Of a DNA stretch of 53,195 nucleotides, positions 45,496 to 53,195 are shown piece by piece. The notes under the pieces are model-generated. The model was not told the DNA's origin and did not search any database. It worked only from the letters and a program-made list of their open reading frames with translations. Position 1 is the stretch's first letter; every line of letters begins with the position of its first letter. The DNA comes from a virus (Duplodnaviria > Caudoviricetes). The translations under genes and the position numbers were made by a program. Location of the stretch: positions 1 through 53,195 of IMG/VR virus record IMGVR_UViG_3300020202_000090; one strand, 5' to 3'.

Positions 45496-47135
45496 GCGGG
45501 ATACCTCCACTCAAGATTTCAACGACTGACGGTTCCTTTGCTCAAATTCCTGTTTTTGAGTTGGAATTGTCCGGTGGAACTCTCCAGAAATTAAGTCCTT
45601 CAAAAGTCAGACTTCTTATTGGCGGCGCCCAAGGTCCTTCTGGACCTCCAGGAGCTTCAGTGGTTTATGCTCCAACAGGTGGACCTTATGTTACTTTCGC
45701 TACCGACGCCGGTCTCTCAAATGAGCATGTTTTAACAGCCTCTGACAATATCACAATAACTACGAGCGCGACCGCCGTCCTAATTTCTGCAACCACTTCT
45801 AATATTTCAGGAAAACAAGATTCCATCACATTCCCTTTATCAATTGGAAGCGGCGGTACTGGAAGATCCACTACTGGAAACTATGCCACAATTCTAGGGA
45901 ATAGTGCTGGTTTTCAATTCTTTGCTATTCAAGCTTCGGACAATATTACGATTACTAATGCTGGTACAAGCATTTTAATTAGTGCAACTACAAATGCCGG
46001 AGGAGGTTCTGGTGCCTCTACAGCTGGAAATTATGTTGTCTTTTCTTCAGACACTGGATTATCTAACGAGAAGGTTTTGACAGCTGGATCAAGTGTCAAC
46101 ATTACGACTGATGCTACAGCAATTTACATTAATGCTCTTACGAATGCTGCTGGTGGAGTTGTTTATGCCCCGACAGGGGGTTTTTACATAACCTATACTG
46201 CTGATACATTACTTGCTTCAGAGAAAGTTCTTGCTGCTGGTTCCTCTGTAACTATTACAACCGATTCTACTTCTATATTTATTAACGCTCTTACAAACGC
46301 AGCTGGTGGAGTTGTATATGCGCCAACAGGTGGAAATTACATAGCCTTTGCGGCTGATTCCAATTTATCCAACGAGAAAGTTTTACAAGCCAGCAATGCG
46401 ACTATAAGCATAGTTACTGATTCCACTGGTTTTTACATTTCCGCAAACACTGGCGCTGGAAGCGGGAGTGGAACTGTAAACACAGGCTCTGCTACTTATT
46501 TAGCCTATTATCCAGCCTCTGGAACTACAGTAGATGATACGACAATTAGCGTTTCTACTGGTTCTGGTATTGCCCCATTCAATGTCTCAATTTTAACTTC
46601 TGGGATTGCTTCGCCATCTAGTGGAGACTTCTGGACTCAAAGTTCCAGTAATCAAATTTTGATTGGCGTTAGAAGTAATAACTCTAATTATTTCACAATG
46701 GCGATGACTGGTTGGTACCTTCCTTTGGTTAGTACTTCTGGATACATAACTACGGCTCAGACGACCACAGATACTAATTTGGTTAATATTACAAATATGA
46801 GATTTCCAATTGGAGCAAATGAAATTTGGAGTGCTGAATTTTACGCAAGCACTGGAGAGTCTGGTGCAGCGGGCGGTCGTTTCGGAGTGAATGTTCCTGT
46901 TGGTGCTACCCTTGGTGGTTCCGGTCGTGGAACCGTTGCTTCTGGAGAAATTATTGTTAACACGGCATCAACCGTGGCGGTAACAGTTGCTAGCGCATCG
47001 GTTGTGCTCCAAGTCTTAATCCAAAACAGTTCAAATGCTGGAGATGTCCAAATGCGATTCGCATCCGCTAATACTACTATCACTACAACGGTAAATGGCA
47101 ATGGAACCTATTTCTTCGCAAGAAGAATACTTTAA
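45492..47135 (+). CDS. Tail/head fibre with internal repeats
   Basis: Repeats of YAPTGG.Y....D..LSNEKVL; short collagen-like GAQGPSGPPG; Ser/Thr-rich. Confidence 0.75.
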   Translation: MSGIPPLKISTTDGSFAQIPVFELELSGGTLQKLSPSKVRLLIGGAQGPSGPPGASVVYAPTGGPYVTFATDAGLSNEHVLTASDNITITTSATAVLISATTSNISGKQDSITFPLSIGSGGTGRSTTGNYATILGNSAGFQFFAIQASDNITITNAGTSILISATTNAGGGSGASTAGNYVVFSSDTGLSNEKVLTAGSSVNITTDATAIYINALTNAAGGVVYAPTGGFYITYTADTLLASEKVLAAGSSVTITTDSTSIFINALTNAAGGVVYAPTGGNYIAFAADSNLSNEKVLQASNATISIVTDSTGFYISANTGAGSGSGTVNTGSATYLAYYPASGTTVDDTTISVSTGSGIAPFNVSILTSGIASPSSGDFWTQSSSNQILIGVRSNNSNYFTMAMTGWYLPLVSTSGYITTAQTTTDTNLVNITNMRFPIGANEIWSAEFYASTGESGAAGGRFGVNVPVGATLGGSGRGTVASGEIIVNTASTVAVTVASASVVLQVLIQNSSNAGDVQMRFASANTTITTTVNGNGTYFFARRIL

Positions 47136-47145
47136 GGAGAATTAA

Positions 47146-47457
47146 ATGGCAGTTAATCACATAGCTTTTAACGATCAAACAACTCACGGGAGACTTTTAC
47201 GTCGAGCACTACAACAGCAGGAAGAAGGTCTACAAAACCTAAATGAAGTCATCGCTACCATGGCATTGATGATTGATGGTGACGGCTCAGATGCAACGCA
47301 TTTCGCCTACGCAACACCTAAGTTTGGATTCACCAATGACGCGGCGGCAAAGGCAGCGTGGGATGAACTGAATAGTCTCGCGGGAAAACTGAACACCGAT
47401 GGCAGTGTCACGTTCGTAAACGCTGCTATGAAACAGGCATTCAACAAATTCAGATAA
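47146..47457 (+). CDS. Fibre-associated helical protein
   Basis: AAGGAG RBS. Confidence 0.55.
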   Translation: MAVNHIAFNDQTTHGRLLRRALQQQEEGLQNLNEVIATMALMIDGDGSDATHFAYATPKFGFTNDAAAKAAWDELNSLAGKLNTDGSVTFVNAAMKQAFNKFR

Positions 47458-47461
47458 GACG

Positions 47462-48865
47462 ATGTCTCTTCTAACAGATCTCATATCTCACTGGAAATTA
47501 GATGAAGCAAGCGGTAATGCCACTGATTCTCACGGCACTAATACGCTAACTGAGACTGATGGAACTATAGCGAGTGCTACTGGAAAGGTTGGAAATGCCC
47601 GCGATTTCGAGGCTGGTGATACCGAGTACTTCACCATTGCCGATAACGCGAGTCTATCTACCGGAGATATTGATTTCACATGGGCCGGTTGGGTTAACGC
47701 GGAATCTCTCCCAACAAACAATAATAGTTTTTACATTGCTTCAAAACATGGAACGAGTGGAAACTTTGAATATGGTGTTCTCATAGACAATGCCGCTAAT
47801 GTCATTCGTTTCAAATTCAATGTCTCCAATAATGGAACGGCTATCGTTGAAGCGACGGCTAATAATTTAGGAACTCCTTCCACGGCTACATGGTATTTCG
47901 TTGTGGCTTGGCATGACGCTTCAGCGAACACTATCAATATTCAGGTCAATAATGGCACAGCGGACTCAGCTTCTCACACAACCGGGGTAAGAGATGGAAA
48001 TGGCGGATACAGCATAGGCGCATTTGGCGCTGGGCCGTCCGCATACTTTGATGGTCTGATAGACTCCGTCTCATTTTGGAAACGCGTATTAACAAGCGCT
48101 GAACGCACCCAACTTTACAACGCTGGATCTGGCCTCGACTATGAAGACTTCACTGCTGATATCACTTCCAATCTCGTTGCTCGCTGGAAATTCGATGAAG
48201 GTTCAGGAAATCCGCAAGATTCAAGTGGAAATGGAAATCACGGCGTATTGGAAGGTAATGCGGGCTATACAACTGGGAAAATAGGTTCTAACTCTCTAAC
48301 GCTCGATGGGGCTGGAGACGCTGTCAGCGTTGAAGGCGTTGATTCGCTTTCCGGAGATATGACTGTGTCTTATTGGGCTAAGACCACTCAAACCTCTCTT
48401 GCTGTAATTACAGGCTTTGGCGACAACTCCTCTTTAGGTTTTCAGTCCGGTATAAATATTAATGGTACTGGAGGGTTGGAATTTACAACGGCTGGTTCGT
48501 GGGTTGGTGTAACTAACGCTATTGATGATGGTGAATGGCATCACGTAGCGGTAACTCTGAGTGGAACTTCGGCCAAAGGTTACTTGGATGGTGCTTATGG
48601 TGGATTCACCCAAACAGTGGATGCTTTGGAAGCTTACACTGGAACAAAACGCATTGGTTCATTCCACAGCAATCCTTCTACCTTTAGTTATGATGGGGAA
48701 ATAGACGATCTTCGGATTTATAGCCGCGCTTTATCACCTGTAGATATAGAAGAACTTTATAACTTTGTAGAAACCGAAGGAATTACAAAATACACAAAAT
48801 TAAGTATCTCAAATTCTAGAATTAATGTTCTTGCTAATACAAAACTAACTTTAGTCGGTATTTAA
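47462..48865 (+). CDS. Two-domain LamG/ConA-like virion protein
   Basis: Two copies of L..WK.DE.SG..WY/HHV..FDG.ID..R.L. Confidence 0.88.
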   Translation: MSLLTDLISHWKLDEASGNATDSHGTNTLTETDGTIASATGKVGNARDFEAGDTEYFTIADNASLSTGDIDFTWAGWVNAESLPTNNNSFYIASKHGTSGNFEYGVLIDNAANVIRFKFNVSNNGTAIVEATANNLGTPSTATWYFVVAWHDASANTINIQVNNGTADSASHTTGVRDGNGGYSIGAFGAGPSAYFDGLIDSVSFWKRVLTSAERTQLYNAGSGLDYEDFTADITSNLVARWKFDEGSGNPQDSSGNGNHGVLEGNAGYTTGKIGSNSLTLDGAGDAVSVEGVDSLSGDMTVSYWAKTTQTSLAVITGFGDNSSLGFQSGININGTGGLEFTTAGSWVGVTNAIDDGEWHHVAVTLSGTSAKGYLDGAYGGFTQTVDALEAYTGTKRIGSFHSNPSTFSYDGEIDDLRIYSRALSPVDIEELYNFVETEGITKYTKLSISNSRINVLANTKLTLVGI

Positions 48866-48866
48866 C

Positions 48867-49079
48867 ATGAATCAAGAAGATCACGATTTACTTACTCAAA
48901 TAGCTAACGATGTAAAGCATTTAGTAAAGAATTTTGATAAGCACATTCAGGAAGACAAGGAAAGTTTCAAGTCTCAAGGTAATGATATCAAGTGGAACTC
49001 AAAGATTATTTGGATGGGACTTGGAGCTTTGGCTTTGATTCAATTTCTTGTCAATATTCCTAAACTGGGTGCTCATTGA
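48867..49079 (+). CDS. Holin/XhlA-like membrane protein
   Basis: Coiled coil plus one C-terminal TM. Confidence 0.5.
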   Translation: MNQEDHDLLTQIANDVKHLVKNFDKHIQEDKESFKSQGNDIKWNSKIIWMGLGALALIQFLVNIPKLGAH

Positions 49080-49198
49080 AAAAGAGACCTTGGTGGGTTA
49101 AGGCTCTTTTAAAAATGCGAATCGTTGTCAATTCAGAAGACGAAGATTTTGGAACTAAAATGAAATTTGGAATTAAATTTATGGGGATAAAATTTTGA
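49076..49198 (+). CDS. 40-aa basic amphipathic peptide
   Basis: Hand-translated MKKRPWWVKALLKMRIVV..GIKF; TTGA overlaps on both sides. Confidence 0.45.
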   Translation: MKKRPWWVKALLKMRIVVNSEDEDFGTKMKFGIKFMGIKF

Positions 49199-49713
49199 GC
49201 ATAGGTTTAAAGTGGTGTTATAAATGCAAATCAGAAAAATCATATTCTGAATTTGGCAAAAACAAAGGTTCTAAAGATGGTTTTTGTTACGAGTGCAAGC
49301 CTTGTAAGAGGGAAAAAGAGCGTCTTTTTCGTTTGAGAAATCCTGAAAAAACAAAACTCCACAATAAAATTCAAAAACAGAAAAGAAAGTTAAAAATAAA
49401 TTTTTATAATAACTATGTTCCAAGGGGTAAATACAACTGCCTTCGTTCCCAAGCTCGGCAAAGAGGTATTTTTATGGACTTATCATTTGAACAATTTCTG
49501 GGATTTTGGGAAAAACCTTGTTTCTATTGTGGATCTGAAATAAAGAACGTTGCTTTGGATAGGATTGATCCGAATTTTGGATACTCAATTTTAAATGTTA
49601 AGCCATGTTGCTGGGTTTGTAATCACATGAAAAAGAGAATGGGTTTTTCTGAGTTTATAGGTCACTGTAGAAAAATTTCTGAGAGGTTTAATGAGTATAG
49701 CATCGCTGTTTAG
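49195..49713 (+). CDS. HNH homing endonuclease-like protein
   Basis: CYKC..CKPC; CFYCG..LDRIDPNFGY..NVKPCCWVCNHMK. Confidence 0.8.
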   Translation: MSIGLKWCYKCKSEKSYSEFGKNKGSKDGFCYECKPCKREKERLFRLRNPEKTKLHNKIQKQKRKLKINFYNNYVPRGKYNCLRSQARQRGIFMDLSFEQFLGFWEKPCFYCGSEIKNVALDRIDPNFGYSILNVKPCCWVCNHMKKRMGFSEFIGHCRKISERFNEYSIAV

Positions 49714-49978
49714 AAATATTCCTCATCCCAAATATGGGAAATGTGGGGGAGCTAAATTAGATTGTTCTCCTAAGCCTCCTAAAGATGAGATGGATGAGCT
49801 ATTCGAAGATCACGATATTAATCTTTTCCAAGCCGATCAACTTCCCAAAGAAGAGAGAAAATCAGCAAGAAAAGAAGCGGATAAAATCTTATATGAAGGT
49901 CTCAAAAAATTAGATGCCTCGAAACTAAACTGGTACGGAAAATTATATCGTCAAATGGCGATGGTTGTATTTAGGTGA
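49691..49978 (+). CDS. Phospholipase A2-like protein
   Basis: YGKCGG loop; PKDEMDELFEDHD; later AD..L. Confidence 0.6.
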   Translation: MSIASLFRNIPHPKYGKCGGAKLDCSPKPPKDEMDELFEDHDINLFQADQLPKEERKSARKEADKILYEGLKKLDASKLNWYGKLYRQMAMVVFR

Positions 49979-49981
49979 TTA

Positions 49982-51085
49982 ATGCCAAAAAATATTAGTG
50001 AAATTCCTTATACAGAGATCCAGGAAAGAGTCCTAGAGATTGGACGCATACCACCCAATTCTATTAGAAAAGTTCGTGGTGCGATTCAGTATGTTTATAT
50101 GTTCGATATTCCTTCCAAGTTTGACTGGAATTTCCTACTCGTATCTTCTGGGCTGACGACGGTAGATCAATACAACGCTGGAACAGTTTCTGTAAACACT
50201 CAAGGAACAACGGTTACATTTTCTTCCGATGTTGTTTTAACGGCTGCAATGACTGGACGTAAACTTCGTATCAATGGAAACGATGTTATTTATGATTTTA
50301 CATTCAGTAATACAACTGGCGGAACGATCAATCCACCGTTTAACGGTCCTGCTAATGCTTCTGCAAATGGGTATACAATTTTTCAACCAACATATCCCTT
50401 AGCTCATAATTTTGATCGATTTCCAGAAGATGGAGGAATTTATAAGTGGGAAGGTGGGAAAAAGAAGATTCTACCGGAAGAACCTTATCAAGAATACGTT
50501 GGAAACTACTCTGGTCAGCCGGGAAACCCTGAAAAAGTAAGAGTTGTTGGAACAGATACGAGGGGCACTCAACTTATCGAGTTTAGACCAGCTCCTAAAG
50601 ATGCCCGTAATTACGGCTATGACTACATTAAAAAGCTTACACCGCTGACTGAAACATCATCCGGTTTCGTAACTATTTCAGCTGGAGGCACAAACGTTAC
50701 GGGAATTTCAAGTAAATTTACTGAGGCTAATACTGGAGATTACCTTCGTATTAATGCCTTCGGAACGCATCAAGATTCTGAATGGTACAAGATTATTGCA
50801 ATCGCGAATGACTCGTCATTGACTTTAGCTACGGCTTTTGCAAACTCAGCTGTTACAAGTGCTGGATACGTCATTTCGAAAGCTCCAGAGTACCCAGCCA
50901 GAGTCCATTTAGCTGTTATTTACGGTACTTTAAGAGCGACTGCTTTGGATCAAAACGACAACAACTCTGCGGTTTATGATGTCAAATTAGCAGAAGTTCT
51001 TTCAGATTCTAAACGAATCCATGTTACTCGGGTTTATTCTCAGGATATGCACGGCGTACATGAAGATTACATGTACAGGAGATAA
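49982..51085 (+). CDS. Head-tail adaptor / tubular protein A with two inserted beta repeats
   Basis: FDWNFL; IEFRPAP..YDY; HLAVIYG; repeats GTVSV..TTVT and GFVTI..TNVTG. Confidence 0.7.
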   Translation: MPKNISEIPYTEIQERVLEIGRIPPNSIRKVRGAIQYVYMFDIPSKFDWNFLLVSSGLTTVDQYNAGTVSVNTQGTTVTFSSDVVLTAAMTGRKLRINGNDVIYDFTFSNTTGGTINPPFNGPANASANGYTIFQPTYPLAHNFDRFPEDGGIYKWEGGKKKILPEEPYQEYVGNYSGQPGNPEKVRVVGTDTRGTQLIEFRPAPKDARNYGYDYIKKLTPLTETSSGFVTISAGGTNVTGISSKFTEANTGDYLRINAFGTHQDSEWYKIIAIANDSSLTLATAFANSAVTSAGYVISKAPEYPARVHLAVIYGTLRATALDQNDNNSAVYDVKLAEVLSDSKRIHVTRVYSQDMHGVHEDYMYRR

Positions 51086-51087
51086 AA

Positions 51088-51342
51088 ATGGCTATTGAAG
51101 ACAAGATCAAAGCAGCCGAGCCTTTTTCAAGAAGAGTATTCGAGATTGAAAGTTTAAATTTTGGAGCCACTACCGAAAATGGTGGCCATTTCCTAACGTT
51201 TAAAGGTCGAAAAGTTTTAGAATTTAATACGCTTCAAACGGCTTCTGATAATGCCACTGATTTAAACACGTTAATCAATCCAAAAATAACAACCATTCGC
51301 CAAGCTGTTCGCCAACAAATTCAAGATATCTTAAATGCTTAA
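51088..51342 (+). CDS. Hypothetical tail-module protein
   Basis: AGGAG RBS; overlaps nozzle start. Confidence 0.55.
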   Translation: MAIEDKIKAAEPFSRRVFEIESLNFGATTENGGHFLTFKGRKVLEFNTLQTASDNATDLNTLINPKITTIRQAVRQQIQDILNA

Positions 51343-53195
51343 AAATGCTGTTGATCAGAATAGTGACGATTTTTCACCTGGGTTAAACACCTCTCCTAAT
51401 TTCTTTAATTTAGAGAAGGGTCAGACTCCAAACGTGATGGATGTCAAAGTCAGGTTTGATGGAGCTTTGACTAAACGACTCGGGACAAACACTCAAAACT
51501 TGGTGAGACTAGGTTCAACCGTTGCTGCTGGATTCTTAATTAATAGTGGTGGAACGCTTACCAATAACCTAATTTCATTCTGGAAAATGGATGAGACGGC
51601 TGGAGAAAGAGCGGATGCTTATGGGGAAGATCCTTTAAGTGATAATAATTTGGTTAGTTTTGCTAATGGAATTAAGAAGAACGCCGCTACTTTTATTCCC
51701 GCAAATTCTCAGTATCTATCAAGAATTAATGACTCGTCTTTCATTACTGGTGATATAGATTTTTCGATTTCTACATGGGTTTATTTAGACACAGCTGGGC
51801 TAGAAAATTACATTTTAACAAAAGCATCCATAGATACTTCCGAGCTACTTTTATGTCATTTCAACGGAGCTAATAGCTCTACTTCTATTCAGGATTCTAG
51901 CTTTTGGAACAGAACTGTTACAGCCAACGGAAACGCCGCCCTAGATACATCTCAAGCTAAATTTGGTTCAGCTTCTCTACGTTTAGATGGTAATGGTGAC
52001 TATATTACGGTTAGTCCATCTTCGAATTTTGATTTCAGCACCGGACATTGGACATTTGAAGCGCAAATTAGGGCAGCAGACATAAGAACAAATTCTAGAA
52101 ATACTATTTTTTGGCATGGAACAAACGATGCCCTTGGCGCAGAAGGAAATGATAATACTCATCGGTTAGAAGTTCAATCTGGCGGTACTCTCTTATATGC
52201 GGCAAGAAGTGAGGGAGCTTTTGGTATGCAACTTGTTTCTTCTGCCGGACTTATCGGCACAGCAAATTGGTACCATGTAGCAATAACTCAAAGTGGAAAT
52301 ATATATAGTTTATTTATAGATGGTGTTCTTCAAGCCACTACATCTACATCTATACGTATTTTTCCTTTAGGTGCACAACCGCCATTCATCGGGGCTCAAA
52401 GTTTTTCAACGGTTAGATATTTTTGGAATGGTTGGATTGATGAGGTGAAAATCAGTAATATTTCAAAATATAATTCAAACTTTACTCCTCCAACAACTCA
52501 GTTTAACAAAGATTATGAATATGCTTTATTTGTTAATACTGACAACATCGTTACATTTCGAGCTTCAAGTTCTGGAGATACATTTACTCATCAAGTACAG
52601 GCAACGAGTTTTGGAGCGGTGACGACGGCTACTTGGTATAACGTTCAGGCTTGGCATGATACTGGGGATAGGATTGGAATATCGGTTAATTTATCGGTAA
52701 ATACTGCTTCCATGACAGGTGGATTAAGAGCTGGTTCTGCGCCTTTACTAATTGGAGCTATTAGTAGTTCTCAAACCGGACTTTCCGCAACAAAATTTTT
52801 AAGCGGAAGAGTAGATGAAACCGGATTTTGGAAAAAAGTATTAACCTCTCAAAATAGATCAGATCTTTATAACGGTGGCTTAGGAAATACTTGGGATACT
52901 GGTTTTCCAAATTACACTTGGGGATCGTATGACTTCGGAGCTTCTAATAAACGCTGGTATACCGTGGCCGCCGGGACTGGTGTTCACGCCTCTTCAGATC
53001 TTGGTGTAAATTTCACCGTCATAGCTACTGATAGATCCGCTACTTATCAGCACTTCGAACGTTCTAAGAATGTTCTGGTGATGACTTCTGATAACTATGA
53101 CTCTGTTCTTAAGTGGGATGGGTCTGGCGGAACGTTTGCGACTTTACTCAATAACTCAGCTCCGACTTGCCGGTTTGCGATTAATCATCAAGGGT
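51335..53195 (+). CDS. Tail nozzle / tubular protein B-like, N-terminal part with inserted LamG domains (continues into 1..1143; about 958 aa total)
   Basis: Not in ORF track. ATG 51335, frame read by hand is open to the contig end. N-terminus DFSPGLNTSP..GQTPNVMDV..DGALTKRLG resembles podoviral nozzle proteins; in frame with position 1. Confidence 0.8.
   Translation, partial: MLKNAVDQNSDDFSPGLNTSPNFFNLEKGQTPNVMDVKVRFDGALTKRLGTNTQNLVRLGSTVAAGFLINSGGTLTNNLISFWKMDETAGERADAYGEDPLSDNNLVSFANGIKKNAATFIPANSQYLSRINDSSFITGDIDFSISTWVYLDTAGLENYILTKASIDTSELLLCHFNGANSSTSIQDSSFWNRTVTANGNAALDTSQAKFGSASLRLDGNGDYITVSPSSNFDFSTGHWTFEAQIRAADIRTNSRNTIFWHGTNDALGAEGNDNTHRLEVQSGGTLLYAARSEGAFGMQLVSSAGLIGTANWYHVAITQSGNIYSLFIDGVLQATTSTSIRIFPLGAQPPFIGAQSFSTVRYFWNGWIDEVKISNISKYNSNFTPPTTQFNKDYEYALFVNTDNIVTFRASSSGDTFTHQVQATSFGAVTTATWYNVQAWHDTGDRIGISVNLSVNTASMTGGLRAGSAPLLIGAISSSQTGLSATKFLSGRVDETGFWKKVLTSQNRSDLYNGGLGNTWDTGFPNYTWGSYDFGASNKRWYTVAAGTGVHASSDLGVNFTVIATDRSATYQHFERSKNVLVMTSDNYDSVLKWDGSGGTFATLLNNSAPTCRFAINHQG
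53069..53195. repeat. Terminal direct repeat, right copy
   Basis: Identical to 1..127. Confidence 0.97.

Noticed and set aside
53069-53195. 127-bp repeat as a biological terminal repeat
   Set aside because: Length equals a common assembler k-mer and it falls mid-gene; it only shows circularity
1-53195. CRISPR array or stop-codon reassignment
   Set aside because: No regularly spaced repeats seen; long genes are intact in the standard code and end in TAA, TAG and TGA

Overview
The window is a complete circularly assembled genome (53,068 bp plus a 127-bp end overlap) of a temperate, podovirus-like dsDNA phage with a bacterial host (sigma70 promoters, DnaA boxes, Shine-Dalgarno sites). Modules: (1) a rightward virion module (terminase, portal, scaffold, capsid, fibres, LamG proteins, adaptor, a nozzle gene that wraps the contig ends, ejection proteins); (2) a ~16-kb glycosylation/tailoring island with two GT-C membrane transferases, four GT2s, a deacetylase, two SAM methyltransferases, three cobalamin-type radical SAM enzymes, a SPASM/twitch radical SAM enzyme and a tandem GroES; (3) a leftward arm of small genes, recombination functions and a secreted lysin; (4) a tyrosine integrase, a tRNA-Ala-like attP core, an RHH regulator and a dif-like site. 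The most unusual signals are five tRNA-derived RNAs that keep D/T-arm features but each lack a normal anticodon arm in a different way, the GT-C/B12-radical-SAM island, a LamG domain nested in another LamG inside the nozzle, a shared HExxH leader on two ejection proteins, and a candidate -1 frameshift. All calls come from motif reading by eye; no searches were run.
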